In this document: positions 39,507-57,302 of the stretch, one piece after another
How positions within the stretch are numbered: position 1 is the stretch's first letter
How the letters are laid out: every line of letters starts with the position of its first letter
Source: Anaeromyxobacteraceae bacterium
Lineage (GTDB): Bacteria; Myxococcota; Myxococcia; Myxococcales; Anaeromyxobacteraceae
Length of the DNA: 64,000 nt
NCBI GenBank assembly: GCA_032654565.1
Contig: JAULAX010000015.1
Coordinates: forward strand, 256,001-320,000
Reading direction: 5' to 3'
Position numbers and translations under genes: made by a program
Notes under the pieces: generated by a model
Told to the model about the DNA's origin: nothing
Seen by the model: only the letters and a program-made list of their open reading frames with translations
Database searches by the model: none

Positions 39507-40016
39507 ATGGAGCATCCCGAAGCGCCGCCGCCGGCCCAGGCGCCGGAGAAGGTGGAGAAGGCGCGGAGCTTCTGCGAGGAGCTGCTGCGCCGGCTGGGCG
39601 GGCGGGTCGAGGTGGAGGTGCGCGAGACGCCGGAGGCCATCGGCGTCTGGCTCAAGCCGCTCGAGGGGAACCGGGTGGAGCTCACCTCGGCGCTCATCGA
39701 GTCCATGCAGACGCTGGCCAACCGGGCGGTCAACCCGCGCGCCGAGTCGCGCAAGTGGGTCAACCTGGAGGCCGGCGGCTTCTCCGAGGATGGCGACCCG
39801 GCGGTCAAGGCGATGGCGGCGCGGCTGGCGGAGACGGTGCGCCGGACCGGGCGGGCGGTGGCGCTGGCGCCGATGAGCGCGCGCGAGCGGCGGCAGCTCC
39901 ACATCGCCCTGCAGGACGCCGAGGGGGTCACCACCCGGAGCGAGGGGGAGGGGCTCTTCCGCCAGCTGCTGGTGTTGCCGGAGCCGGGGAAGCGGATCGC
40001 CGGGCGGGAAGGGTAG
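39507..40016 (+). CDS. Jag/KhpB-like R3H RNA-binding protein (short form)
   Basis: PMSARERRQLH R3H motif, TRSEGEG; position after yidC. Confidence 0.85.
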   Translation: MEHPEAPPPAQAPEKVEKARSFCEELLRRLGGRVEVEVRETPEAIGVWLKPLEGNRVELTSALIESMQTLANRAVNPRAESRKWVNLEAGGFSEDGDPAVKAMAARLAETVRRTGRAVALAPMSARERRQLHIALQDAEGVTTRSEGEGLFRQLLVLPEPGKRIAGREG

Positions 40017-40025
40017 GGGCGGGTC

Positions 40026-40235
40026 GTGGCCAGGGAGAAGACGCTCGAGGAGCGGCTCTTCGCGGCGGCGGTGCTGCGCCGCTCCTTCGAGCTGCGCGGC
40101 GAGGAGTACGCCGACGGCTTCCGGTTCGTCTACGAGGGCGTGCTGCGCGACATGGGGCTGGAGGACGATGCGGTGCTGGCCTTCCTGGTCGCGCACCGGG
40201 CCGAGGTGGACAAGGCCATCGGCCGCGGGGCGTGA
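40026..40235 (+). CDS. Hypothetical protein, 69 aa
   Basis: Host-like codon usage; co-oriented in the operon. Confidence 0.6.
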   Translation: MAREKTLEERLFAAAVLRRSFELRGEEYADGFRFVYEGVLRDMGLEDDAVLAFLVAHRAEVDKAIGRGA

Positions 40236-40388
40236 GGCCGGTGTCCCGGCCCGGGCTCGGTGCCGTCGCGGAAGGGCGGGCGATCGAGCCGCGGCAGTCC
40301 GGTCGCGGAGCGGCGTAAGCTGACGGGACGCCGGGCGCTGGATGGCGAGCGGTGGCCGGGCGGGATGACGGCCCGGGCGCGAGGGTGA

Positions 40389-41078
40389 ATGGACCAGGTC
40401 TTCGAGCAGGTGCTGCGACGCGGGATCGATTCGCTGGCGCTGGCCGTCGACGAGCCGGCCATCGCGCGGCTGGTCCACTTCGCCGATCGGCTGACCGCCT
40501 GGAACCGCAAGGTGAACCTGACCGCCATCACCGATCCGGCGGAGATGGCGGAGAAGCACTTCCTCGACAGCCTGGTGCTGCTGCCGTCGCTCGACGGACG
40601 GACCACGCTGCTCGACGTGGGGAGCGGGGCCGGGCTGCCGGGGATGGCGCTGGCCTGCGCGCGGCCGGGGCTGCAGGTGACCTGCTGCGACTCGGTGGGG
40701 AAGAAGATGGCCTTCGTGAAGGCCACCTCGGCGGAGCTGGGGCTCGCGGTGCGCGGGCTGCCGGTGCGGGCCACCGGCGACGCGGCGGCGGACGGGCTGC
40801 CGATCTGCGACGCGGTGGTGAGCCGGGCGCTCGCCGACCCGGAGCGGTGGGTGGAACTGGGGGCAGGGTACGTGGCGGAGGGCGGGCTGCTCCTGGCGAT
40901 GCTGGGGAAGGGGGCGGAGCGCACGCACCTCGTGGCGCTGGGGAAGGCGCGAGGGCTGGAGCTGCTGGGCGTCGACCAGTTCGAGCTGCCGTTCTCGCAC
41001 GCCGCCCGGGCGGTGGTCCGCTGGGGTCGACCGACCGTTCCACGTGGAACACCTGGGCTTTCTCCTGACCGAGGGTAA
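40389..41078 (+). CDS. rsmG: 16S rRNA m7G527 methyltransferase
   Basis: [31 protein letters not shown]. Confidence 0.95.
   Translation: MDQVFEQVLRRGIDSLALAVDEPAIARLVHFADRLTAWNRKVNLTAITDPAEMAEKHFLDSLVLLPSLDGRTTLLDVGSGAGLPGMALACARPGLQVTCCDSVGKKMAFVKATSAELGLAVRGLPVRATGDAAADGLPICDAVVSRALADPERWVELGAGYVAEGGLLLAMLGKGAERTHLVALGKARGLELLGVDQFELPFSHAARAVVRWGRPTVPRGTPGLSPDRG
41036..41051. promoter_or_regulatory. parS site
   Basis: CGTTCCACGTGGAACA. Confidence 0.9.
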
Positions 41079-41140
41079 TCTGCGAATGGTCATTCGCGCT
41101 CCCGTCCGGTAGCGGCCCCACCCCCCGCCCGGGGGAAGAT

Positions 41141-41156
41141 TGTTCCACGTGGAACA
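41141..41156. promoter_or_regulatory. parS site
   Basis: Perfect palindrome TGTTCCACGTGGAACA upstream of parA. Confidence 0.95.
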
Positions 41157-41190
41157 CGGGCTGTCAGAGGGGCAGGGCAGATTGCCCCGC

Positions 41191-41964
41191 ATGAGCCGCA
41201 TCCTGACCATCGCCAACCAGAAGGGCGGCGTTGGCAAGACCACCACCGCCGTCAACCTCGCCGCCTCGCTGGCCGCCGCCGAGCACCGGACCCTGCTCGT
41301 CGACCTCGACCCGCAGGGGAACGCCGGCTCCGCCCTCGGCATCCGCCGCGACGAGTCGGAGCAGTCCATCTACGAGGTGCTCCTCGACGGCCTGCCGCTG
41401 CGCGACGCCATCCGCAAGACCGAGCTCAAGTACCTCGACCTGGTCCCCGCCTCGCAGCACCTGGTCGGCGCCGAGCTGGAGCTGGCGGCCCTGGAAGGGC
41501 GCGAGTCGCGCCTGCGCGCCGCCCTCGCCCCGGTCGAGGCCGACTACGAGTTCATCGTCATCGACTGCCCGCCGTCGCTCGGCCTGCTCACGCTCAACGG
41601 CCTGGTCGCCGCCAGGGGCGTGGTCATCCCGCTGCAGTGCGAGTACTACGCGCTCGAGGGGCTGGCCGACGTGCTCAAGACCATCGAGCTGGTGAAGGGC
41701 TCGGCCAACCCTGACCTCAAGGTGGACGGGATCGTCCTCACCATGTACTCGCCCAACAACCTGGCCAACCAGGTGGCCGAGGAGATCCGGCGGACCTTCC
41801 CCACCCAGGTCTTCCAGACCATCATCCCGCGAAACGTCCGGCTCTCCGAGGCCCCCAGCCACGGCAAGCCCATCCTGCTCTACGACGTCGGCTCGAAGGG
41901 CTGCCAGAGCTACCTCGAGCTGGCCCGCGAAGTGGAACAGCGGCTCCAGGTCGGTGTGGCGTGA
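41191..41964 (+). CDS. parA: Chromosome partitioning ATPase ParA/Soj
   Basis: NQKGGVGKTT, DLDPQGNA, IDCPPSLG, PLQCEYYALEG. Confidence 0.96.
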   Translation: MSRILTIANQKGGVGKTTTAVNLAASLAAAEHRTLLVDLDPQGNAGSALGIRRDESEQSIYEVLLDGLPLRDAIRKTELKYLDLVPASQHLVGAELELAALEGRESRLRAALAPVEADYEFIVIDCPPSLGLLTLNGLVAARGVVIPLQCEYYALEGLADVLKTIELVKGSANPDLKVDGIVLTMYSPNNLANQVAEEIRRTFPTQVFQTIIPRNVRLSEAPSHGKPILLYDVGSKGCQSYLELAREVEQRLQVGVA

Positions 41965-42007
41965 GGCCGGCACTCGAAGCACGACAGCAGCTCCAAGGAG
42001 GTGTGGC

Positions 42008-42886
<879 letters not shown>

Positions 42887-43054
42887 CCGGGCCCCGCCGC
42901 CTCCGCCGCGCTTCGCCGGGGCGAGGCCGCAGACCGCACCGACGCGCGAGAGAAGCGCCCCCCGGCGGGGTAGACTTCTCCGCGAGACCGATGCTACGAA
43001 CCGACTCCCTTCCGGCGACGACCTCCTGCGCCGAACACGGTGGAGACCGACCAC

Positions 43055-43483
43055 ATGGCCATGCTGAAGCGTGAAGAGCTGACCGCCGTCCCGGGCACCG
43101 CCGCCGGGAGCGACCTCAACGCCCTGCTGGGGCGCGGCTCCGAGTTCGAGGGGAAGCTCACCTTCGAGGGGACCGTCCGGATCGACGGCAAGTTCAACGG
43201 CACCATCATCACCAACGACGTCCTGGTGGTGGGCGAGGGGGCCAAGATCGCCGCCGAGATCACCTGCGGGACCATCATCGTCCACGGCGAGATCAGCGGG
43301 AACATCAAGGCCAAGACGCTGGTCGAGCTGCACCACCCGGCCAAGATGCGCGGCAACGTCGAGACCCCCATCCTCATGGTGGAGAAGGGGGTCATCTTCG
43401 AGGGGCAGACCAAGATGGAAGGGGTCGAGCGGGCCGCCCCCAAGGCGACGCTGACGCCGGTCGGGAACCTCCCCAACCGATAA
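43055..43483 (+). CDS. Bactofilin (BacM-like)
   Basis: LLGRGSEFEGKLTFEGTVRIDG beta-helix repeats; directly after parB. Confidence 0.9.
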   Translation: MAMLKREELTAVPGTAAGSDLNALLGRGSEFEGKLTFEGTVRIDGKFNGTIITNDVLVVGEGAKIAAEITCGTIIVHGEISGNIKAKTLVELHHPAKMRGNVETPILMVEKGVIFEGQTKMEGVERAAPKATLTPVGNLPNR

Positions 43484-43509
43484 CGCGTCGCGTTATCCCC
43501 GAAGCAGAC

Positions 43510-43539
43510 AGGGCGGGCCCGGTCCACCGAGCCCGCCCT
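43510..43539. terminator. Hairpin between convergent bactofilin and Hsp20 genes
   Basis: AGGGCGGGC...GCCCGCCCT inverted repeat. Confidence 0.55.
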
Positions 43540-43570
43540 CGCCGTCCGGTCGCTTCGTCCGTTGCTGCGG

Positions 43571-44008
43571 TCAGCTCACCTTCACCTGGATGGGGCGAGG
43601 CTTGGCCTCCGCCTTCTTCGGCAGGCTGACGGTGAGCACGCCGTTCTTCGACTCGGCGCGGATCTTCTCCACGTCCACCGTCCCGGGGAGCGAGAAGGAG
43701 CGGCTGAACGAGCCGTACTGCATCTCGATCCGGTGGTAGGCGTCCTTCTTCTCCTCCTTCTCCAGCTTCCGCTCGCCGCGCATGGTGAGCATGCCGTTCT
43801 CGAAGCGGATGTCGACGTCCTTGGGGTCGACGCCGGCCAGCTCGAAGCGGACCGTGACGCCGTCGCCGTCCTCGAAGATGTCGCAGGCCGGGGCCCAGCC
43901 CACCGACTCGCCGTTGGACAGGCCGAGCCGATCGTCGAAGCTGCGGGTGAGCACGTCCTGGAGCCTGAACAGGTCCCTGAAGGGGTCATACCGTGTGAGC
44001 ATCGCCAT
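43571..44008 (-). CDS. Hsp20/alpha-crystallin small heat-shock protein
   Basis: YGSFSRSFSLP, NGVLTVSLPK. Confidence 0.95.
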   Translation of the reverse strand: MAMLTRYDPFRDLFRLQDVLTRSFDDRLGLSNGESVGWAPACDIFEDGDGVTVRFELAGVDPKDVDIRFENGMLTMRGERKLEKEEKKDAYHRIEMQYGSFSRSFSLPGTVDVEKIRAESKNGVLTVSLPKKAEAKPRPIQVKVS

Positions 44009-44154
44009 GATTTTCGTCCTCCTTTTGGCAGTGCGCCGGACACCCGCAACGTAAGCAGGGTCGGGGCCCTGTCAAACACGGTCCAAGTGCTCGGAACGCC
44101 GGGGCAATCGCCCTTGACCGTTCGCTGGGGGGTGTGCTAACCAGCGCTCCCCTT

Positions 44155-44694
44155 ATGATCCTTGGGTCCATCGCTCGCCGCTACGCCAAGGCGCTCTTCA
44201 GCCTCGCAGTCGAGAAGGGCCGCATCGAGGCCTGGAACGACAGCCTCCACGCCCTCGGCCAGGCCGTCGACGCCTCCGCCGAGCTGCGCGACGTGCTGCA
44301 GAACCCGGCCTACACCCGCGAGGCCCGGGCCGCCGTGGTGGGGCAGCTGGCCGCGACCCTGAAGCTGGACGCCGAGCCGACCTCGCTGCTGCAGCTGCTC
44401 GGCGAGCGCAACCGGCTCTCCGGCCTCTCCGCCATCGTCGGCGCCTACCGCGAGCTGGCCGACGCCGAGCTCGGCCGGCTGCGCGCCAAGGTCACCAGCG
44501 CCGTGCCGCTCGACGACGCCGCCATCCACGCCATCGCCGAGAAGCTCTCGGCCGCCACCAGGAAGCAGGTCCTCGTCGAACGCGCCGTCGACCCCGCCAT
44601 CCTCGGCGGCGTGGTGGCGCAGGTGGGGAGCGTGGTCTACGACGGCTCGCTCCGCACCCAGCTCGAGGACCTCCGCAGCACCCTCAAGCGGTAG
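44155..44694 (+). CDS. atpH: ATP synthase F1 delta
   Basis: [22 protein letters not shown]. Confidence 0.95.
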   Translation: MILGSIARRYAKALFSLAVEKGRIEAWNDSLHALGQAVDASAELRDVLQNPAYTREARAAVVGQLAATLKLDAEPTSLLQLLGERNRLSGLSAIVGAYRELADAELGRLRAKVTSAVPLDDAAIHAIAEKLSAATRKQVLVERAVDPAILGGVVAQVGSVVYDGSLRTQLEDLRSTLKR

Positions 44695-44731
44695 CCACAC
44701 CTTTCCGGACTCCCCAGGGAGACAGCTCGCA

Positions 44732-46258
<1,527 letters not shown>

Positions 46259-46295
46259 CCGGGGTCGTCCCTCCCGGCCTCGAACGAGGACGCAC

Positions 46296-47168
46296 GTGCC
46301 CTCACTGCGCGACATCCGAAACCGGATCACCTCGGTCAAGAGCACGAGGCAGATCACCAAGGCCATGAAGATGGTGGCCGCGGCCAAGCTGCGCCGTGCC
46401 CAGGACGCCGTCCTCAAGACCCGCCCCTACGCCCAGCTCCTCGACAAGGCGCTCGGCCGCGTCGCCGCCCGCGCCGCCGCCGAGGAGTCGGCCACCATCC
46501 ACCCGCTGCTGGCCCCGCGGGTGGCCCGGGTGGCCGAGGTGGTGGTCATCACCAGCGACCGCGGCCTGGCCGGCGGCTTCAACTCCAACATCATCCGCCG
46601 CACCCAGCGCTTCCTCACCGAGAGCGGCGACACCTACGAGCGCATCGACCTCGGCACCATCGGCCGCAAGGCCAAGGACTTCCTGCGGGCCCGCAAGCTG
46701 GCCGTCCGCAAGGACTACCCCGGCGTCCACCAGGGGCTGACCTACGAGAAGGCCGAGGCCATCGCCCAGGAGTACGTCAAGCGCTACCTGGCCGGCGAGG
46801 TCGACGCCGTCTTCCTCTGCTACAACGAGTTCAAGTCGGCCATCGCCCAGACCCCGGTGGTGGTGCACCTGCTGCCGCTGCAGCCCCCGGCCGTCGAGGC
46901 CGAGGCCGCCGTCGACTTCGTCTACGAGCCCAGCCGCGACGCCCTGCTGGCCGAGCTGCTGCCGCGCCACGTCGCCATGCAGGTCTGGCGGGCGCTCCTC
47001 GAATCAGCCGCCTCCGAACACGGCGCTCGCATGAGCGCCATGGAGTCGGCCACCAAGAACGCCGAGGAGATGATCGCGGCGCTCACCCTCCAGTACAACC
47101 GCGCGCGCCAGGCCTACGTCACCAAGGAGCTCATGGAGATCGTGGGCGGCGCCGAGGCGCTCAAGTAG
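46296..47168 (+). CDS. atpG: ATP synthase F1 gamma
   Basis: [26 protein letters not shown]. Confidence 0.98.
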   Translation: MPSLRDIRNRITSVKSTRQITKAMKMVAAAKLRRAQDAVLKTRPYAQLLDKALGRVAARAAAEESATIHPLLAPRVARVAEVVVITSDRGLAGGFNSNIIRRTQRFLTESGDTYERIDLGTIGRKAKDFLRARKLAVRKDYPGVHQGLTYEKAEAIAQEYVKRYLAGEVDAVFLCYNEFKSAIAQTPVVVHLLPLQPPAVEAEAAVDFVYEPSRDALLAELLPRHVAMQVWRALLESAASEHGARMSAMESATKNAEEMIAALTLQYNRARQAYVTKELMEIVGGAEALK

Positions 47169-47175
47169 CCACTGA

Positions 47176-48633
<1,458 letters not shown>

Positions 48634-48636
48634 CCG

Positions 48637-49035
48637 ATGGCGCTCACCCTCGACATCGTCACGCCAGAGCGGCGCGTGCTCTCGGTCACCTGCGACGAGG
48701 TGCGCGCCCCCGGCGTGCTCGGCGGCTTCGGCATCCGTCGCGGCCACACCAGCTTCATGAGCGCCCTCGAGCCCGGCCGGCTCACCTACGTCGAAGGCGG
48801 CCGCGAGCACCACCTGGCGGTGGGCGGCGGCTTCCTGCAGGTGGCCGACGACAAGATCATGGTGCTGGCCGACAGCGCCGAGGCCGCGGCCGACATCGAC
48901 CTCGACCGCGCCCAGCGCGCCCTCGCCGACGCCAGCGAGAAGCTGAAGAAGCTGGGCGTCGACGACCGCAGCCACGCCGAGGAGGCCGCGCGGGTCCGCC
49001 GCGCCGCCGCCCGCATCGGCATCGCCGGGAAGTAG
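48637..49035 (+). CDS. atpC: ATP synthase F1 epsilon
   Basis: LDIVTPER, GGFLQV, DIDLDRA. Confidence 0.95.
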   Translation: MALTLDIVTPERRVLSVTCDEVRAPGVLGGFGIRRGHTSFMSALEPGRLTYVEGGREHHLAVGGGFLQVADDKIMVLADSAEAAADIDLDRAQRALADASEKLKKLGVDDRSHAEEAARVRRAAARIGIAGK

Positions 49036-50298
49036 TCAGCCCGCCGCGGTCGGCGCCGGACCCGTCGCCGGCTCCGACTCGAGCTGGAGATCCGGCGCCG
49101 TGATCAGCCGCCGGCGCGGCAGGTGGATGCGGAAGACCGCCCCGCCACCCGGCGGCGACTCGACGATGATCTCGCCGCCGAGGCCGTGGATGATCCCCCA
49201 GGCCACCGAGAGCCCCAGCCCGGAGCCCTGCCCCTGCGGGCGGGTGCTGTAGAACGGGTCGAAGATGCGCGGCAGCACCTCCGGCGGGATGCCGGGGCCG
49301 CTGTCGGCCAGCATGATCTCGACGCCGACGTTGAGCTGGACCACCCGGATGGTGACCGTCCCGCCCGGCCCAGCGGCCAGCACGGCGTTCTCGAAGACCG
49401 GCACCAGCCCCTGGTGCAGCAGCCGGCCCATCGAGGCGATGGGCGGCCCCGGCTCCACCTGCAGGTCGATGCGCGGCATGGCCGGGGTGCGGGCCCCCAC
49501 CACCAGCAGGGCGTGGTCGACCGCCTCGGCCGGGTCGATGGTCTCCTCGGCCGGCACGTCGGGGCTGGAGATGACGCGCAGGTCGGCAGCGATCCGCTCC
49601 AGCCGCATGCTGGCCCCGGAGATCTCGCCGGACAGGTCGCCCACCTCGGCCAGCGCCGCCGCCAGCGTGGCCGAGGGCTGCTCGCCGGAGGGGACCGCCA
49701 GCCGGGCGATCTCCGCCACCGCCCCGGCCAGCGCCCCGGCGCTCGACTTGATGCAGGAGAGCGGGTTGTTGATCTGGTGGGCCAGCCCGGCCGCCAGGGT
49801 GCCGACGCTGGCCAGCTTGCCGGTCAGCACCAGCCGGTCCTGCGCCGTGCGCAGCGCCTCGTTGACCCGCTGCAGCTCGGCCGAGCGGGCCGCCAGCGCC
49901 TGGTTGGCCCGGCGCAGCCGGAGCAGGGAGGCCACCCGCGCCAGCAGCTCGCGCTCCTTGAGCGGCTTGTGCAGGTAGTCGTCGGCGCCGGCCTCCAGGC
50001 CGGTGACCCGGCCGGCCGGGTCGGGCACGCCGGTGATGAGGATGAAGGGGACCTCGGCCAGCCCCGGCCGCTCCCGCACCACCCGGCACAGGTCGGCGCC
50101 GGACATCCCCGGCAACCAGAGGTCGCAGATGATCAGGTCGGGCGCGAACCCCGGGGCCACCACCAGCGCCTCCTCGGCGGTCACCGCGGTGAGCACCTGG
50201 TGGGCCGGCTCCAGCAGCCGCTGCACCACCGCCCGCAGCGTGGCCGAGTCGTCGACGACGAGGACCCGGGGGAGCGGCGGTGGGGTGGTGACGGGCAT
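49036..50298 (-). CDS. Hybrid receiver-histidine kinase
   Basis: VLVVDD receiver, AHQINNPL H-box, DSGPGI, IFDPFYST, GSGLGL. Confidence 0.92.
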   Translation of the reverse strand: MPVTTPPPLPRVLVVDDSATLRAVVQRLLEPAHQVLTAVTAEEALVVAPGFAPDLIICDLWLPGMSGADLCRVVRERPGLAEVPFILITGVPDPAGRVTGLEAGADDYLHKPLKERELLARVASLLRLRRANQALAARSAELQRVNEALRTAQDRLVLTGKLASVGTLAAGLAHQINNPLSCIKSSAGALAGAVAEIARLAVPSGEQPSATLAAALAEVGDLSGEISGASMRLERIAADLRVISSPDVPAEETIDPAEAVDHALLVVGARTPAMPRIDLQVEPGPPIASMGRLLHQGLVPVFENAVLAAGPGGTVTIRVVQLNVGVEIMLADSGPGIPPEVLPRIFDPFYSTRPQGQGSGLGLSVAWGIIHGLGGEIIVESPPGGGAVFRIHLPRRRLITAPDLQLESEPATGPAPTAAG

Positions 50299-50500
50299 GG
50301 CGTGGGGCGGGCGGGGCTCCGGGACGGGCCTGGGGACCGACACAAGGTACCACTCCCGGCAGGCCGCGAAACGCGGCAAAAAGGGACGCCTCCAAACGAG
50401 CCAATCGCATTGAGATAATTGGGTTTATCGGCTAGAACAGCACCACGCCACGGGCCCCGTTCTGGTCACTCCGAACCGCCCGTGAGAGAGCCCGACGACG

Positions 50501-53148
<2,648 letters not shown>

Positions 53149-53152
<4 letters not shown>

Positions 53153-54042
53153 TCGCCGCCGGCACCACGGGACGCGCCGCCGCCGCCCTGGCGCTGGCCG
53201 GCCTGCTGCTGGCGCTCCCCGGCTGCACCTCGCCGGAGGCGGTGGTCGAGGCGGCCGCCCAGCTGCGCCAGCGCAACCAGCCCAAGGCGGCGCTGGAGAA
53301 GCTGCAGCTGCTGCTGGCCTCGCTGGGGGAGGGGCCGCTACCGGCCGCCCAGGCCGCGGTGCGGCTCCGGGCCCTGCGCGCCGCCGCCGACGTCGCCTAC
53401 CTGGAGCTGGGCGACTACGCCGGCGCCATCGCCTACTACCGCCGGCTCATCTCGCTGCACCCCGGCAGCCCGGAGGCCTACCAGGCCCGCGCCATCATCG
53501 GCGACATCTTCCGCGACCGCTTCCAGGACCGGCAGGCGGCCATCGCCCAGTACGCCGACATCGCCGCCAGCGACGCCCCGCAGGCGGCCGCCTTCCAGCT
53601 CCGCGTCGCCCGCGAGTACCTGGAGCTGGGCAACGCCGAGCAGGCCCGCGCCGAGGCCCGGGCCCTGCGCGAGCGCTGGCCGGCCAGCACCGAGAACGAC
53701 GAGGCCCAGCTGCTCACCGCCCAGGCCTGGGCCCTCGACCACCACGACGAGGAGGGGGTGCGCGCCTTCCAGGCGCTCATCGACCGGCGGCCGGCGCCGG
53801 AGCTGGTGGCCCGCGCCCAGGAGGGGCAGGCCGGGCTCTACGCCCTGCTCGGCAAGTTCGACCGCGCCCTCGACCTCTACGCCCAGGCCCTGCCGCACCA
53901 CCCCAACCCGCAGGCCATCCTCACCAACATCGAGGCGGTCCGCCGGCGCAAGGAGGCGGCCCGCACCGTCACCCCCGGCGACCGCAACCAGGCCTTCGAC
54001 TACGGACACCCCAAGCTGCCCGACCGCGAGATCACCCCATGA
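53149..54042 (+). CDS. TPR-repeat lipoprotein
   Basis: LPGC lipobox-like signal; repeated A..Y..LG helical motifs. Confidence 0.75.
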
Positions 54043-55334
54043 AGACCGACCTCTCAGAGAAGCTCTTCGCCAAGGCCAACACCCTCTTCCCCGGCGGCGT
54101 CAACTCGCCGGTCCGCGCCTTCAAGGGGGTGGGCGGCACCCCCCGCTTCATCGCCCGCGGCCGCGGCGCCCACATGTACGACGTCGACGGCAACGACTAC
54201 GTCGACTACGTGCTCTCCTGGGGGCCGCTCATCGCCGGCCACTGCGCCCCCGAGGTGATGCGCGAGGTGCAGGAGGCGCTGCGGGAAGGCTCCAGCTTCG
54301 GCGCCCCCAGCCCCAAGGAGATCCAGCTGGCCGAGCTGGTCCAGGCCCGCGCCCCCTGGATCGAGAAGATGCGCTTCTGCTCCTCCGGCACCGAGGCCAC
54401 CACCGCCGCCATCCGCGTCGCCCGCGGCTTCACCGGCCGTGACGACCTGGTCAAGTTCGACGGCTGCTACCACGGCGCCGGCGATCCCCTGCTGGTCAAG
54501 GCCGGCTCCGGGGTGGAGACGCTCGGCCTGCCCGACTCGCCCGGGGTCCCGGCCGACGTGGCCAGGCACACCCTGACCGCCCCCTACAACGACCTGCCGG
54601 CGCTCGAGGCGCTCTTCGGCAAGCACGGCGCCACCATCGCCGCCGTCATCATCGAGCCGGTGGTCGGCAACATGGGCGTGATCGTGCCGAAGCCGGGCTA
54701 CCTGCAGGCCATCCACGACCTGTGCAGGAAGCACGGCGCCCTCTTCATCGTCGACGAGGTGATGACCGGCTTCCGGCTCGGCGTCGGCGGCGCCTGCGGC
54801 CTCTTCGGGCTGCGCCCCGACCTGGTCACCTTCGGCAAGGTGATCGGCGGCGGCCTGCCGGTGGGGGCCTTCGGCGGCCGCGCCGACGTCATGGACCGGG
54901 TGGCGCCGGCCGGCCCCATCTACCAGGCCGGCACGCTCTCCGGGAACCCGCTGGCCATGGCCGCCGGGATGGCCACGCTGAGGCTGATGCCGCCGGCCGC
55001 CTACGCCCTGCTCGAGGCCCGCGGGGCGGCGCTGGCGGAAGGGCTGCTCGCCGCCGCCGCCGGGGCCGGGGTGCCGGTGCAGCTCAACCGGGTCGGCTCG
55101 ATGCTGACCGTCTTCTTCACCGCCACGCCGGTCACCGACGCCGCCACCGCCCGGCTCGCCTCGACGAAGCGGTTCGGCGCCTTCTTCCACGCCCTGCTGG
55201 AGAACGGGGTCTACTTCCCGCCCTCCCAGTTCGAGTCGGCCTTCCTCTCCACGGCGCACTCCGAGGCCGACCTGGACCTGACGCTCCGCGCCGCGAAAAT
55301 CGCCTTCGCGGCCGCCGCAAAGATCGAGGGATGA
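54039..55334 (+). CDS. hemL: Glutamate-1-semialdehyde 2,1-aminomutase
   Basis: PGGVNSPVRAF, SGTEAT, DEVMTGFR, GKVIGGGLPVG. Confidence 0.97.
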   Translation: MKTDLSEKLFAKANTLFPGGVNSPVRAFKGVGGTPRFIARGRGAHMYDVDGNDYVDYVLSWGPLIAGHCAPEVMREVQEALREGSSFGAPSPKEIQLAELVQARAPWIEKMRFCSSGTEATTAAIRVARGFTGRDDLVKFDGCYHGAGDPLLVKAGSGVETLGLPDSPGVPADVARHTLTAPYNDLPALEALFGKHGATIAAVIIEPVVGNMGVIVPKPGYLQAIHDLCRKHGALFIVDEVMTGFRLGVGGACGLFGLRPDLVTFGKVIGGGLPVGAFGGRADVMDRVAPAGPIYQAGTLSGNPLAMAAGMATLRLMPPAAYALLEARGAALAEGLLAAAAGAGVPVQLNRVGSMLTVFFTATPVTDAATARLASTKRFGAFFHALLENGVYFPPSQFESAFLSTAHSEADLDLTLRAAKIAFAAAAKIEG

Positions 55335-55453
55335 CGGGTGGTTGCCTCCGCTGGCCGCAGCCCTCCAGGCCCGGGCCGTCGATCGTTGACGGATCGGGTT
55401 TGGCCCTGCTATACGGGCGTCCCGCCAGAGCAGCGAAGCAGCGGACGTCCTTC

Positions 55454-55699
55454 ATGATTTCCGGAAAAGGGAGTGCGGGGAGCAGTCTCGCCGAGGCGTA
55501 TCGCAAGGCGGCGCCGTACACCGCCGCCTCGACGAGCCTGGTGATCGCGGTGGGCGGGTGCACCTGGCTCGGGCACCTGGCCGATGGCTGGTTCGAGCTG
55601 CGGACGCCCTGGCTGACCATCGTCGGCGCGGGGCTGGGCATGCTGGTCGGCTTCATCAGCTTCTTCAGGCAGGTCCTGGGACCGAGGAAAGAACCGTGA
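55454..55699 (+). CDS. AtpZ/AtpI (gene 1) family protein
   Basis: Two TM segments with LGHLADGWF...PWLTIVG; first gene of the F0 operon. Confidence 0.8.
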   Translation: MISGKGSAGSSLAEAYRKAAPYTAASTSLVIAVGGCTWLGHLADGWFELRTPWLTIVGAGLGMLVGFISFFRQVLGPRKEP

Positions 55700-56061
55700 A
55701 GTTCCCGCTCATCGCCGCCGCCGCCGCCGCCGCCTTCATCGGCCTCGCCGCCGCTGCGGGCGAGCACCGCTTCGGCGCGCTGGTCGGTTCGGCCATCGCC
55801 GGGCTGACCGGCCTCGCCACCATCATCGCCCTCGGCTTCACCGCCCGGGCCGCCCGCCCCACCCACGGGGCGCTGGCGGTGGTGGTGGTCGGCTTCCTGG
55901 TCCGCCTGGTCCTGCTGGCCCTCGGCACCGTCGCCGTGGTCCGGGGCGGCGGCGACGTCATCGCCTTCGTCATCGCCTTCTTCGTCCCGTTCTTCGCCTT
56001 CGTGGCCCTCGAGGCCACCTACGTCCACACCCTGCGTCAGCCTGGGGAAACGACCGCATGA
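55696..56061 (+). CDS. ATP synthase protein I-like membrane protein
   Basis: Four hydrophobic segments, GFLVRL; overlaps neighbours by 4 nt. Confidence 0.7.
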   Translation: MKFPLIAAAAAAAFIGLAAAAGEHRFGALVGSAIAGLTGLATIIALGFTARAARPTHGALAVVVVGFLVRLVLLALGTVAVVRGGGDVIAFVIAFFVPFFAFVALEATYVHTLRQPGETTA

Positions 56062-57170
56062 TCGCCTCGACCCTCGTCACCCTCGCGCTCAGCCTCACCC
56101 TCGGCCAGCACCAGCCCGCCGCCACCGGCGAGCCGGCCGATCCCCACGCCGGCCACGGCCACGCCGCCCCCGCGGCCGCGGTGGAGCAGGGCGCCGCCCC
56201 GGTCGACGCCCACGCCGCTCCGGCCGGGCACGCCGCCCCGGCCGGGCACGAGGCGGCCGCCGGCGCCCACGGCGGCGGCCACGACACCAGCCTCGGCACG
56301 GTGATGATGCACCACGTGACCGACGGCTACGTCATCGAGCACCCCGGCGTCTGCGAGGGCGGGTTCCGCTGGAACTGCGAGTGGAAGCTGAAGGAGACCT
56401 TCGGCGACGCCCTCAAGTTCGGCGCCCTCGACATGACCCCCACCAAGCACGTCATCTTCATGTGGCTGGCCTCGGCGCTGCTGCTGGTGGTGGTCTTCGC
56501 GGCGGTGCGCCGCAAGGCCCTGGTGCCGAAGGGGCTCTACAACTTCGTCGAGCTGCTGGTGGCCTTCGTCCGCAACGAGCTGGCGGTTCCCAACATCGGC
56601 AAGGAGAACGCCGACCGCTTCCTCCCCTACCTGCTCACCGCCTTCTTCTTCATCCTCTTCGTCAACCTCTTCGGCCTGCTCCCCTTCTCGGCCACCGCCA
56701 CCGCCAACATCAACGTGACGGTCTGCCTGGCGCTCTTCACCTTCGTCATCACCCAGTACGCCGCCATCCGCGCCATGGGGATGGGCGGCTACCTCGGCCA
56801 CCTCACCGGCGGGGTGCCGAAGTCGCTCTGGCCGCTCTGGCTGATCATGATCCCGGTGGAGTTCCTCGGCCTCTTCACCAAGCCCTTCGCCCTCACCGTC
56901 CGACTCTTCGCCAACATGGTGGCCGGCCACTTCGTCATCCTGGCCCTGCTCGGCCTGATCTTCGCCATCTCGGTCTGGGTCTTCCCGGTCTCCATGGCCC
57001 TGGCCCTGGCCATCTTCATGCTCGAGCTCTTCGTGGCCTTCGTGCAGGCCTACATCTTCACCATGCTCTCCTCGCTCTTCATCGGCGCCGCCTTCGCCAG
57101 CCACGGCCACGACGAGCACGACGAGCACGGCGCAGCCCACGGCGACCACGCCGCCGAGGCGCACCACTAG
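56058..57170 (+). CDS. atpB: ATP synthase F0 subunit a
   Basis: [35 protein letters not shown]. Confidence 0.97.
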   Translation: MIASTLVTLALSLTLGQHQPAATGEPADPHAGHGHAAPAAAVEQGAAPVDAHAAPAGHAAPAGHEAAAGAHGGGHDTSLGTVMMHHVTDGYVIEHPGVCEGGFRWNCEWKLKETFGDALKFGALDMTPTKHVIFMWLASALLLVVVFAAVRRKALVPKGLYNFVELLVAFVRNELAVPNIGKENADRFLPYLLTAFFFILFVNLFGLLPFSATATANINVTVCLALFTFVITQYAAIRAMGMGGYLGHLTGGVPKSLWPLWLIMIPVEFLGLFTKPFALTVRLFANMVAGHFVILALLGLIFAISVWVFPVSMALALAIFMLELFVAFVQAYIFTMLSSLFIGAAFASHGHDEHDEHGAAHGDHAAEAHH

Positions 57171-57302
57171 GCCTCCAACCTTCACACGCGGGCGGGGAGG
57201 TCCCCGGCCCAGCGGGCAGCAGGCGCGGCGGTTCGAGCGCCACGGGCAACAGGCGGCCCGATCCACCTTCCGCCCATACCGCAGCACCTACGGAGCCACA
57301 CC

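Noticed and set aside
44025..44140. CIRCE operator upstream of hsp20
   Set aside because: Only isolated half-site resemblances (TTGGCAGTG, GTGTGCTAA), not paired at 9-bp spacing.
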